Source: a virus. Taken from it: DNA of 31,733 bases. Below are positions 15,315-24,127 of this stretch, piece by piece. Below the pieces are notes generated by a model. It did no database searches and was not told where the DNA came from. It saw nothing but the letters and a program-made list of their open reading frames with translations. Both the position numbers and the translations under genes were made by a program. Where the stretch lies: the UHGV virus genome UHGV-0780004; one strand, 5' to 3'. The first letter of the stretch is position 1. Each line of letters starts with the position of its first letter.

Positions 15315-16829
15315 ATGACTTACCAGGCCCCCTACGCGGCGCGCTACGTTTCCGCCGCCGGCAACCAGATCCAGCTGCTCAACCTCTGGGACGATACGCC
15401 GGAGCCTCCCCGCTTCGGCGGATCCATGGAGGCATTTGAAACGTCGCTGGTAGACGGACCGCGAGCGTTCGCGCAGGGGCTGGGAAGCGCCGTGGAGCAG
15501 CGCACCATCGCGTTTTACCGCTGGTTTACGGATTATCACGACATGGCTTCCTGGCAGGAGAACCTGGCGTTGTGGCTGGCCAGCAACCAGAACGGCTATC
15601 TGTACCTGCAGTTCTCCGACCAGCCGCAATGGCGTTTTGCCGCCGTCATCACCGGCTACCAGTTTGAGACGGAGAACTTTGTTCCTCCGCCGTCTCCCGA
15701 AGACGGCTATCTGTGCCTGCTGGTCACGCTGACCATGACGGTCACCGACCGGACCCCGGACAATTCCAACTGGATATTCAGCGTGACGCCCTCTTCTTTC
15801 GACGTTCCCGTCAAGGGAGGCGAATACACCATTAATGTGGAATCGTCGTTCAGCCCTGGACCGGTAGGGCAGGGGTGGCAGATTGCCGACGTTTCCGAAG
15901 GATTAACCGTTTCCGATATCGTCAACGGCAACAACGGGACATTTAAGGTTATCGTCGCGGCCAATGAAGGAGACCAGGACAGGACCATGTCGCTCCAGGT
16001 CATTCAGGACGGAACAGGACAGACTGTTGAGGTTGAATTTCGTCAGCTTCAACCCTCTTACTCCTTCAACCTTGCTCCAACCCAGGTACAGGTTCCCGTT
16101 ACTGGCGGAAGCTACCAGGTCCAGGTGACTTCCTATTATGACCCGGGGGAAGTCAGCGTTGACTGGACGCCCAATTCTCCCAGCTCTTCCGTTGTCATCT
16201 CCGATATCACGAACGGAAATAACGGGTCCTTCACGTTAACCGCGGCCCCCAATGAAGGAGCGGCCGGCTCCGTCGTCGTTTCCGCGACACAGGCGGATTC
16301 CGGGTTAAAACAGACAATCCGCGTATTGAGGGCAGGACTGGTCACCCGAAATCATCAGCTTCCCCCGCCCGGAGGGGAATACTCGGATAATCCGATGAGT
16401 TATTCCTCATGGAGGTTTATTCCCTCGGACGTTTATCCGGACTTCCCGGAAGGCAACCCCGAAGGAAAGGGACTGACGCTGCAGGAAATCATCACGACGA
16501 AACCCACCAGCGCCAATTCCGGCACGTTAACGCTTTACCGGGTGGAAAACGGGTCTGCCTCTCTTCTGGCGACCAGCAGCGAGGCGGTTTTCACCGGAGA
16601 GGGCGGAAACGCGAAATGGACGTTTTCTCCCGGCGTGGAAATCCGTTCGGACTGGCAGCTGGTCGTGGAAAACCAGAACGGCATTTATGAGCAGCATGCC
16701 ATGCTGGCCAATCCGCAGGCGTTTGACGGCCTCGGAAATGCCATCTACCCCATGCCGGCGGACGCTCCCGGGCGCACGTTCGGATTATCCCTCGTCATCC
16801 GCTACACTTCCACCGAATACCCATCTTAA
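15315..16829 (+). CDS. Tail protein with two tandem BACON/Ig-like domains (major tail protein candidate with a surface-binding module)
   Basis: Two repeats of about 85 aa (residues ~155-245 and ~250-340, nt ~15777..16335) follow the pattern VPVxGGxYxxxVxSxxxxGxxxxxWxxxxxxxxxxISDIxNGNNGxFxxxxAxNEG. The gene lies directly upstream of a small chaperone-like gene and the tape-measure candidate. Confidence 0.5.
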   Translation: MTYQAPYAARYVSAAGNQIQLLNLWDDTPEPPRFGGSMEAFETSLVDGPRAFAQGLGSAVEQRTIAFYRWFTDYHDMASWQENLALWLASNQNGYLYLQFSDQPQWRFAAVITGYQFETENFVPPPSPEDGYLCLLVTLTMTVTDRTPDNSNWIFSVTPSSFDVPVKGGEYTINVESSFSPGPVGQGWQIADVSEGLTVSDIVNGNNGTFKVIVAANEGDQDRTMSLQVIQDGTGQTVEVEFRQLQPSYSFNLAPTQVQVPVTGGSYQVQVTSYYDPGEVSVDWTPNSPSSSVVISDITNGNNGSFTLTAAPNEGAAGSVVVSATQADSGLKQTIRVLRAGLVTRNHQLPPPGGEYSDNPMSYSSWRFIPSDVYPDFPEGNPEGKGLTLQEIITTKPTSANSGTLTLYRVENGSASLLATSSEAVFTGEGGNAKWTFSPGVEIRSDWQLVVENQNGIYEQHAMLANPQAFDGLGNAIYPMPADAPGRTFGLSLVIRYTSTEYPS

Positions 16830-16843
16830 CAGAATAATCCATC

Positions 16844-17125
16844 ATGAACGAACAACAACAAAACGGAATAGAACGGCTTTTCATTGAATTCGCCGAAGAG
16901 TGCGGCAAGAACCCGAACCTGAACCAGGCGGCGCAGGAATTGAAGGAAAGCGTCTTTGCTGCCTCTCAAGCCGCCGGCGTTGATCCCTCCCATGCCTTCG
17001 GCGTCATCATCCGGGATATGATGCTCCTGGAATCCTTGCAGAAACGCGTGGAAGAATCCCGCAACGCCCTCACCGCCGGGAAACTGCCCGCTTTCGTCAT
17101 CGAGGAAGCCCGCGCTCAACGATAA
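16844..17125 (+). CDS. Putative tail assembly chaperone (93 aa)
   Basis: It is a small acidic protein immediately upstream of the tape-measure candidate. Confidence 0.3.
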   Translation: MNEQQQNGIERLFIEFAEECGKNPNLNQAAQELKESVFAASQAAGVDPSHAFGVIIRDMMLLESLQKRVEESRNALTAGKLPAFVIEEARAQR

Positions 17126-17143
17126 CCCTCCACCTTTACCACC

Positions 17144-18991
17144 ATGGCCACCAAGAAAGAAATTGAAATCAAACTCAAGTCCACGCTGGACGGAAAAGGC
17201 GTGGAAGAAGCCAAACAGCAGATCGACGCGCTGAACAAGTCTACGGAGCAGTTGGATAAAAACAGCAAGCAGGCAACCAGGAGCGTGAAGAACATGGGGC
17301 AGGGGGCCTTGCAGGCTGCCTATTTCTTCGATGACTTGCAGTACGGCATCCGGGGCATCATGAACAACATTCCCGGGCTGGTGATGGGATTCGGAGGCGG
17401 CGCAGGTCTGGCCGGCGCAATGTCGCTTGCCGTTCTGGCCGGGGCGAAGCTTTACGATTGGATGGGGAACACGGAAGCGAAATCCAAAGAGCTTGCTAAG
17501 GCGATTGAAGAGGAAGCAGAAGCATTTAGAAAATTAAAAGCAGAGGTTGAAGAGACATGGCGGCAAAATCAAAACGAGCAAATTTTAAGAGAAGCTTTAG
17601 ATAGTGCAAAGAAAATAGCTGATTATCGAAAGCTGGAATCAGAAGCCTTAAAATATTCTCTGGATTATCGTAAAGAATTGATTTCTTTAGAATCAGGAAT
17701 CAAAGACGATGAAGCAGAAATTGCCCGATTAAAGGTAGAAGAAGATTTTGCAAATGGACTATTAGGAGAAGGATCAGATGCAGAACGAAGAAAAGCACGT
17801 TTGTTGGAAGGAATTGAATTAGATAGTCGTGCAAGGAGAAGAGGAGAAATAGAAGAATCAGCAAGTTTGGATGTATCGGATGCAGTAAATAAAAGAATAG
17901 ATGCAGCACGAAGACAAAGAGAAGCTAAGGCCGCCTTGCAAAACGCATCTATTAATGATGATATAATGACCCTGGAAGAGAGACGAGCTGCAGAAGTTTC
18001 TGTAGAAGAACAGACTAATTCATTGAGAAATGACTTATACGATTATTTAATATCTTTAAGGGATAAAGAAGTAAATTTAGGGGCTATTAGGTATAAACAA
18101 GTTAGCGATAAAAATATTTATGATGCAGTATCTCAATTTGTTGGCGGTAAAAATATATCTGATAGAAGAATTTCATCCTTGCTTGATAAATATGGTTATA
18201 TCAACGCAGAAGATAGAAGAGATAAAATATTTAACACAGAAGAAGCCATAAAGAAGAGTGATATTGCCCTTGAAGATAGCGGATTCTCTTTAGGTAATGG
18301 AACTTCTGGCGAAGGTGGATATAGTAATGCCTATGCATCTTATGCAAAAACTATAGAAACTCTTGAAAAAGAATATGAAGAGGCGGAAAAATCTCTAATA
18401 GAAGCTATAAATGAAGAAGAAAAGGCAACGAGAAACTTTTCTAATATAAAAAAGAAAAATGAATCGGAAGCGGCAGTTGATGAACAACGAGGGAGGACCG
18501 CTCAAGCGCAAGAGAGAAAATCCATTAGAGAAGAAAGACAAAGAGAAGACGCCGAGAATGAAATTAAGGGGCGAAAAAAAGATATAGATAAGAAAACAGA
18601 GGAACTTAAAAAGAATAATGAGTATTTTTCAGAGGCTGTAGATAGGTTTATAGTGGAGGCTGGAAAATCTGCCACTGACCAACAAAAGGCACTTGTTAGA
18701 GCTGCATCTGAAGCTATACGTGGACAGGTGAAGAAAGCCGCTTCCGATGGAGTAATAGATTCTCGAGAATATGAACAAATTGGAATAGCGTTTAGAGACG
18801 CCTTAAGACAACAGGGCATTACTAATCAATCTATATTGAACGGACTTTCCGGAAACATGAAAGAAGCTCTATTACTGATTAACATTCAATCAGGAGAACT
18901 AAAAAATCTAAAAAACGGTTTGGATCAAATGAAAAAAGACTTAGAACAAGCTAAAAACAATATAGAGGGCTTAAGAAGAAGAAAGCATTGA
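17144..18991 (+). CDS. Tape measure protein candidate (615 aa). The N-terminus has hydrophobic Gly-rich segments, and the rest is a long charged coiled coil.
   Basis: The N-terminal segment is GLVMGFGGGAGLAGAMSLAVLAGA, followed by long Glu/Lys/Arg-rich helices. The position fits a tape measure. From about 17470 onward the gene is markedly AT-rich. Confidence 0.5.
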   Translation: MATKKEIEIKLKSTLDGKGVEEAKQQIDALNKSTEQLDKNSKQATRSVKNMGQGALQAAYFFDDLQYGIRGIMNNIPGLVMGFGGGAGLAGAMSLAVLAGAKLYDWMGNTEAKSKELAKAIEEEAEAFRKLKAEVEETWRQNQNEQILREALDSAKKIADYRKLESEALKYSLDYRKELISLESGIKDDEAEIARLKVEEDFANGLLGEGSDAERRKARLLEGIELDSRARRRGEIEESASLDVSDAVNKRIDAARRQREAKAALQNASINDDIMTLEERRAAEVSVEEQTNSLRNDLYDYLISLRDKEVNLGAIRYKQVSDKNIYDAVSQFVGGKNISDRRISSLLDKYGYINAEDRRDKIFNTEEAIKKSDIALEDSGFSLGNGTSGEGGYSNAYASYAKTIETLEKEYEEAEKSLIEAINEEEKATRNFSNIKKKNESEAAVDEQRGRTAQAQERKSIREERQREDAENEIKGRKKDIDKKTEELKKNNEYFSEAVDRFIVEAGKSATDQQKALVRAASEAIRGQVKKAASDGVIDSREYEQIGIAFRDALRQQGITNQSILNGLSGNMKEALLLINIQSGELKNLKNGLDQMKKDLEQAKNNIEGLRRRKH

Positions 18992-19024
18992 AAAAAAATG
19001 AGGATATTGTAAATTCCCAAATTT

Positions 19025-19432
19025 ATGCGGTATCACTATTTTTCCGGAAATGTTGTGAAGGGACCTATTGTTCTTACCGAGTTAAGAAGGTTAGTCGAGA
19101 GAAACATAATTTCTCCCGACACGTTAATTTGCGCAGAAGGTACAAAAAAATGGGTCAAGGCTTCGGAATTGTTATTTTCTTCTTCATTATTGAGGGAAAA
19201 TAGTGGGATCATGCATTCCCCTAATAAGGTTCCAACTTGCAAAGAAAGTCATTCTGCTCTTGCCACAGTCCTCGTATTCTTAGCAACATTGTCAGTTGGT
19301 GGTGGAGCAATTATGGGAATAGCAAGTTTTATATCAGGCTTATCTATGGCTGGAATAGGCTATATCGTCGGGGGGGTAATTGGTGGAATTATGTGGTATA
19401 CGTTTTATGTCCTATTAAGCAAAAATAAATAA
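19025..19432 (+). CDS. DUF4339 (GYF-like) domain plus glycine-zipper membrane protein (135 aa), a moron candidate
   Basis: The N-terminal segment YHYFSGNVVKGPIVLTELRRLVERNIISPDTLICAEGTKKWVKASEL matches the DUF4339 pattern (YY...G...GP......L......TLVW.eGm..W). The C-terminal segment GGGAIMGIASFISGLSMAGIGYIVGGVIGGIMWY is a glycine-zipper TM. The gene lies inside the AT-rich insert. Confidence 0.5.
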   Translation: MRYHYFSGNVVKGPIVLTELRRLVERNIISPDTLICAEGTKKWVKASELLFSSSLLRENSGIMHSPNKVPTCKESHSALATVLVFLATLSVGGGAIMGIASFISGLSMAGIGYIVGGVIGGIMWYTFYVLLSKNK

Positions 19433-19537
19433 CTAGGACAGGTAAACGCATTGCCGAACCAGGCAAGATACGGTAACATCAAGCCATAACATAACCATTT
19501 TACAAGCAGCAGGAACCACGACATCACCATCAATGAC

Positions 19538-21673
19538 TTGCTGGGCCTCAAGCCGTCCAGCCTGACCCACGACCAGCAAAGTTTTTCCGCCTCCACCATT
19601 ACCGCGATTTATCCTGTCCGGACGCTCGGAGAAACTTTGCCGTATAATCAATTTGACACAGTCTCCATATCTAGGGATGGCGTTGCCATCCTGGTAGGAT
19701 TAGTGTCCTCCGTCGAAAAAGTGTACAGCGGGCAAGCGCGATCCTGGAAAATTGTTTTCTCAGACCCTTGGTATTACCTGGAAAATTGCTATGCCCTTAA
19801 GGGCGGATGGCGGCCTGTCTACAATCTCTATGCCTCCGACAACGTCATCCCCAAAGCCAAAATCAGCGATGCCATTAAAGGGGTATTAGACACGGCCAAG
19901 CACCACCCGGCCACGTATGAACTGCGGATCAACGACGACAAATTAATAATCCCCTGGAATGCCTCATGCGATACCATAGGCAGCCTGCTTCAATCTATCC
20001 GTCGATGGTCTCCTCGCATGGTCAGCTACTACGACTACAGCGGCAATCAGCCCAAGCTCATTATCACGGACTATGACTCTTTGGAGCCTATATCGATGCC
20101 CTTGCAGCCCACGGACACCGTCAAGAGCATTGACGTTTCCCTCTCTCCTCGCGGCGATCTTGTGCCGCCTTGCGTCGCCATTGTCGCAGACACCAGTGGA
20201 AGCAGCGGCTACAATGTCTCTTACCTCTCCAGATATCCGGCTGACGGCGATCCTACGCTCCCCCACTCCATTGTTTACCGGGTTGCCTCTGATTTTTATT
20301 ACTCCAAATACAACTCAGACGGCTCTGCCGCATCCGAGCCCGTTCCTGTGTCATCCACCAGGTCGGGCAGTCTGGCCTACCAGCGAATGAAAATCCGCGG
20401 CCGCCAGATCAACCAATCCAGCATGATCACCAGTTTCTGGGAGCGTCACTTCCCGTGGATGCAAGAGCTTGAGGCTGCCAACCAAATAATACCGTATGCG
20501 GCGCCGTCTATCACCGGAAAGGCATGGGATGGAGCAAGCGGAGAGGATGAGCCGAAAGGATATGACACATCAGCAACAGGGTTTGAACTGGTCGAAGGTC
20601 AAATCCACACCAAGGCCCTCAACCCTAAATGGTGCAAGACTACCATCAAGCAGCGGCTCTGCATCCCGGAATCTGCTCCTGCCCAGTGGAGGGATAAATT
20701 CAAAAACATCGGCACCATCGGTACCACCACGGTGTACTGGCAGGAATTTGCCGTTGACCTGGTCACGATGGACCGCGCCTACTCTACTTATCCGATCGAT
20801 GGCATGTACAACGGCGAGCAGCCCTCCAATGAGGATGATGGCGGCGACGAGCCTGCTGATGGCGTGCCATATGCGGACATTGCCCGGGCCGTATGGGAAT
20901 CCATGCAAGAACTCCCTTACGATGGGGACATCGCCTTCGCAGCTCGTGGCGGCGCTCAAAACTGGCAGTATATGGGACGGCGCGTATCGCTGACCGGAGG
21001 AAACCCTGAATGGGAAAACATCAACACGCTTGTCCAGACTGTCAGCCATGATTTACAGACAGACGTTATTACTCTTGCCTATGGGGCAGCAAACCAACTT
21101 GGAGTCGAAGATTTATTGGAACTAAATCAAGTAAATGCTATATCTCGGCAATCTTCCTCTTTAGAAAACATGCAGGGCGCGCCCGAACCCGGCGACCTGA
21201 CGTACGACCCCAAGCCAGAATCCCCGACCATCAGTCAGCAAATAACCGCATCCACCGGATCTTCCGAGCCGGCTCCTGAATACGGATTCCAAATACGTCT
21301 TGAAAAGGACACCAGTGGAGCTGTCACCGGTGCGAGTATCAAACCCGGCGCCATCTACCTCAACGGCTCGTTCCTGGGAATGTATCCGGCCGGCGCCGGA
21401 TCCGGATCGTCCTGGGTGAAAATCCCGGTCACGGCGGGGGAAGTATGGCTGAACCTCCACTTTGACCAAGACGCGAAACTGGACACCTGGGATATTTCCG
21501 GCATTCCCGGGCCGGTATATCCAATTTTCCTCAATACTGAAAAACCCAACGTCGCGTTTGACTACGCCTTCCATGTAGCCGACATCGATGGAGACAAGGT
21601 AACGCAATATGCCCTCGGCATGATCCAGGTGCCCGTGTTCGGCGGAACCTTCTATCCCTACGGCCCGTCATGA
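19538..21673 (+). CDS. Large distal tail / baseplate protein (711 aa; Dit/Tal-like position)
   Basis: It is a long ORF directly downstream of the tape-measure region with a TTG start. No enzymatic motif was recognised. Confidence 0.4.
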   Translation: MLGLKPSSLTHDQQSFSASTITAIYPVRTLGETLPYNQFDTVSISRDGVAILVGLVSSVEKVYSGQARSWKIVFSDPWYYLENCYALKGGWRPVYNLYASDNVIPKAKISDAIKGVLDTAKHHPATYELRINDDKLIIPWNASCDTIGSLLQSIRRWSPRMVSYYDYSGNQPKLIITDYDSLEPISMPLQPTDTVKSIDVSLSPRGDLVPPCVAIVADTSGSSGYNVSYLSRYPADGDPTLPHSIVYRVASDFYYSKYNSDGSAASEPVPVSSTRSGSLAYQRMKIRGRQINQSSMITSFWERHFPWMQELEAANQIIPYAAPSITGKAWDGASGEDEPKGYDTSATGFELVEGQIHTKALNPKWCKTTIKQRLCIPESAPAQWRDKFKNIGTIGTTTVYWQEFAVDLVTMDRAYSTYPIDGMYNGEQPSNEDDGGDEPADGVPYADIARAVWESMQELPYDGDIAFAARGGAQNWQYMGRRVSLTGGNPEWENINTLVQTVSHDLQTDVITLAYGAANQLGVEDLLELNQVNAISRQSSSLENMQGAPEPGDLTYDPKPESPTISQQITASTGSSEPAPEYGFQIRLEKDTSGAVTGASIKPGAIYLNGSFLGMYPAGAGSGSSWVKIPVTAGEVWLNLHFDQDAKLDTWDISGIPGPVYPIFLNTEKPNVAFDYAFHVADIDGDKVTQYALGMIQVPVFGGTFYPYGPS

Positions 21674-22416
21674 TCAGAATCTATCTATTTACCTATGGTG
21701 GAGATGCGGACGAAGCTATTGCATGCGTTCGGTGCGCCAAGGCGGCCATCCCTGAATCCGTGATTACCGTTGTGGACGATGAAGCCGTCCCGGCGCCCCC
21801 GGAGGCCAGGAGGGCTCTTGTAGCGTATGGGGCGCGGTATCGTCAAAGCATTTTTGAGCGCAACGGCAACCTCAACGGCCCCGAATGCGTCAGGGGTATT
21901 ATTTCCACGCTGGCCAGAGATGCGGCGGACGACGACATCGTTGTCAAAATTGACTCCGACACGGCGCTGCTCAATGGAGCGTGGATCAGGGACATGGCTG
22001 GTTCCGGTATTCACTGGTGCGCATCGGGCGCAGATAGCCGGCAATTCTACGGCCTGTGTTATGCCATGACCGGACTGGCCGCCAAACGAGCCGCAGCAGT
22101 GCTGATGCAGGCAGAACTCCCCCCCAACGCACCGGAGGATCTTACCATCGGACGCACGGTCATTGACCTGTTCGGTGTGGGTAAAGGGAAAATCATCCCC
22201 CCATGGACACCGCAAAACAGGGCAGGGCGCTGGTCGGCCTGGAACTGGTTCAGTGTTGCGGTCACTCCAGAAAAATATGCTGGGTTTGACGTTGTGACCG
22301 TGGGTAGCCCCCGGCCTCCCCATATCTCAAAAGCAGACCGGGCCCGCGTCATGAATGCGTTGTTCCGTTATCGGTTTGGCTCCGCAGTAGAAGAAAGGAA
22401 CTGTACAAAAAGCTGA
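21670..22416 (+). CDS. GT-A fold glycosyltransferase-like protein (lysogenic-conversion moron candidate)
   Basis: The N-terminal segment IYLFTYGGD...VITVVDDEAV resembles a family-2 glycosyltransferase. A DXD-like motif VVKIDSDTAL is present. It is the last gene before the integrase, with an ATGA overlap to the tail gene. Confidence 0.4.
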   Translation: MIRIYLFTYGGDADEAIACVRCAKAAIPESVITVVDDEAVPAPPEARRALVAYGARYRQSIFERNGNLNGPECVRGIISTLARDAADDDIVVKIDSDTALLNGAWIRDMAGSGIHWCASGADSRQFYGLCYAMTGLAAKRAAAVLMQAELPPNAPEDLTIGRTVIDLFGVGKGKIIPPWTPQNRAGRWSAWNWFSVAVTPEKYAGFDVVTVGSPRPPHISKADRARVMNALFRYRFGSAVEERNCTKS

Positions 22417-22490
22417 ACATTATATCCATAAATATATTTATAATCAATAACTATAATCCCTCCCGCTCCGCCAGCTTTTTATCACGCTAG

Positions 22491-22535
22491 AGCACGGAAA
22501 GCCTGATTTTATAAGGATTCCGTGCTTTTTCTTTG
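22491..22535 (+). terminator. Candidate terminator: a 9-bp stem AGCACGGAA/TTCCGTGCT with an 18-nt loop, followed by TTTTTCTTT
   Basis: Read directly. It lies about 75 bp downstream of the GT-like gene. The large loop lowers confidence. Confidence 0.35.
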
Positions 22536-22565
22536 CGCCATATTACGCCAGAAAACGGAATGCTT

Positions 22566-22607
22566 GCTGTACAAGTGGCTGTACAAGTTTTAAAAATTGT
22601 ACAGTTC
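22566..22607. promoter_or_regulatory. Three copies of a TGTACA(A)G-containing repeat (GCTGTACAAGT x2, then TTGTACAGTT) immediately upstream of the integrase start
   Basis: The two 11-bp direct repeats are at 22566..22576 and 22578..22588. A third variant is at 22598..22607. TGTACA is itself palindromic. Confidence 0.4.
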
Positions 22608-22609
22608 GC

Positions 22610-23797
22610 ATGGCAGGGATTATCAAAAGAAGTAATAAATGGGTGGCCGTCTTCAAGACGCTCGACGGTAAAGAGATCAGGAAAACTACCCGTGTCGACG
22701 TGGTCCCAAAGGTTATTCCACCCGGGACAAATAAAAGAGCGCTCATAGCGCAAAACGAGGCCAGGGCTCGTCTTATTGCCGAGGAGCTTGAGAATGGACA
22801 CAAGACCGGCTTTATTGACTCGCAGCGGCTCAAAGCTATAGCTGGCGGAGATGTTCAGGCGGCCAGCCTTGGCAGAAAGGTTGTGAGCGTTGGGGCGTAT
22901 CTCCATGAATGGTTGCAATCACGATCTGGCAAGATTCAGGCTTACGAAAGAGACGGGAAGGCCGTCAAGCAGTTTATTTTGTTCTTGAGGAACGATGGGG
23001 GACAGGCAATAGCATCCATCAATAAAGACACCGTGAGACGATTTGCGGAGACAGAAATGGAGCGCGTGTCATCCGGTACAGTCTCAAGGTATCTTGAATC
23101 TCTTTCCTGTGCGTTTAACCAGGCGGTGGAAAAAGAATTGATCATCTCCAATCCTTTCAGGGGGGCTCGACTGGATAAGAAAAAAAAGCAAGACGATAAA
23201 CAGGAGCGTAGTGCGTTCACCGTGGAAGAGGTGAAAAGACTGGTGGAGATTTTGCCGGGGGAATGGCCGGATATGATACGTGTATGCCTTTATACGGGCG
23301 GCCAGCGTCTTGGAGACATTGCCACTCTCAGATGGGAGCAGGTGAATCTGGAGGGCGGCTTAATCTCCATGACCTCGCAAAAGACCAAGCGGCGTATGAA
23401 CAAACCAATCATCGGGCCGCTGAAAGAGATATTGAAAGAGAGGGAAAAGTATTCCATCAATGAATTTGTGTTCCCCTTGGCCGCCATGAAGCATGCACAG
23501 GGCGGGGGGAAGTCCAGCAAGCTCTCTCTTGAGTTTACCGGACTACTGAAAAAACACGGCATGATTTCTTCCGGGGAAAGGAAAGTGCCAGGCGATAAGC
23601 GTGTGCTGTCTGAAAAAAGCTTCCACAGTTTGAGAGCCACCGCAGTGACGATTTTAAGACTGGCAGGCGTGCCGGCGGACTTGTGCCGTTTCATTGTAGG
23701 GCATGATTCTGAAGAGATTGAACGGGTGTACTTTCGGCCCGATTCGCAGGATGTCGTTCACGCAATGGAGGAAATATCCAGCAAGATTATTTTGTAA
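22610..23797 (+). CDS. int: Tyrosine-type site-specific recombinase (phage integrase)
   Basis: It has an N-terminal SAM-like domain. The catalytic region carries R (GGQRLGD), H-x-x-R (HSLRAT), VGH and Tyr (RVYFRP). It is 395 aa. Confidence 0.9.
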   Translation: MAGIIKRSNKWVAVFKTLDGKEIRKTTRVDVVPKVIPPGTNKRALIAQNEARARLIAEELENGHKTGFIDSQRLKAIAGGDVQAASLGRKVVSVGAYLHEWLQSRSGKIQAYERDGKAVKQFILFLRNDGGQAIASINKDTVRRFAETEMERVSSGTVSRYLESLSCAFNQAVEKELIISNPFRGARLDKKKKQDDKQERSAFTVEEVKRLVEILPGEWPDMIRVCLYTGGQRLGDIATLRWEQVNLEGGLISMTSQKTKRRMNKPIIGPLKEILKEREKYSINEFVFPLAAMKHAQGGGKSSKLSLEFTGLLKKHGMISSGERKVPGDKRVLSEKSFHSLRATAVTILRLAGVPADLCRFIVGHDSEEIERVYFRPDSQDVVHAMEEISSKIIL

Positions 23798-23900
23798 TCC
23801 TCACGGAGGAATTTGTCATCACCTGAACGGATAATTGAGGAGAAAGCGTCTCAATGGATGTCACAAGACATCAAATCTCATGGAAAAACAGGAATTTCTA

Positions 23901-23913
23901 CCCCCCCCCCCCC
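23901..23913. repeat. Homopolymeric C13 tract
   Basis: Read directly. It lies 67 bp upstream of a small membrane-peptide ORF. Confidence 0.9.
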
Positions 23914-23979
23914 GCATTTGTAATGCTTTAAATTATAGGGAGTTAAGAGAAAAAATATCAGCAAGAAAGGGTTACGTCT

Positions 23980-24126
23980 ATGTCAGGTAACGTAATGCTT
24001 GTATTTTTCTTGCTGGCTGTGCTTTTTGGGGCCACTTGTTACGGCCTGGGCATCGTAGAAGGTTGCCGGAGAACCACGAAAAGGATCTTGGAGAACATTT
24101 CAAAGGGGATGAAGAAAGGGGAATGA
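23980..24126 (+). CDS. Small hydrophobic membrane peptide (48 aa), below the ORF-track cutoff
   Basis: The sequence is MSGNVMLVFFLLAVLFGATCYGLGIVEGCRRTTKRILENISKGMKKGE, one TM helix plus a basic tail. Its stop sits 1 bp before the stop of the convergent regulator gene. Confidence 0.3.
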   Translation: MSGNVMLVFFLLAVLFGATCYGLGIVEGCRRTTKRILENISKGMKKGE

Positions 24127-24127
24127 A

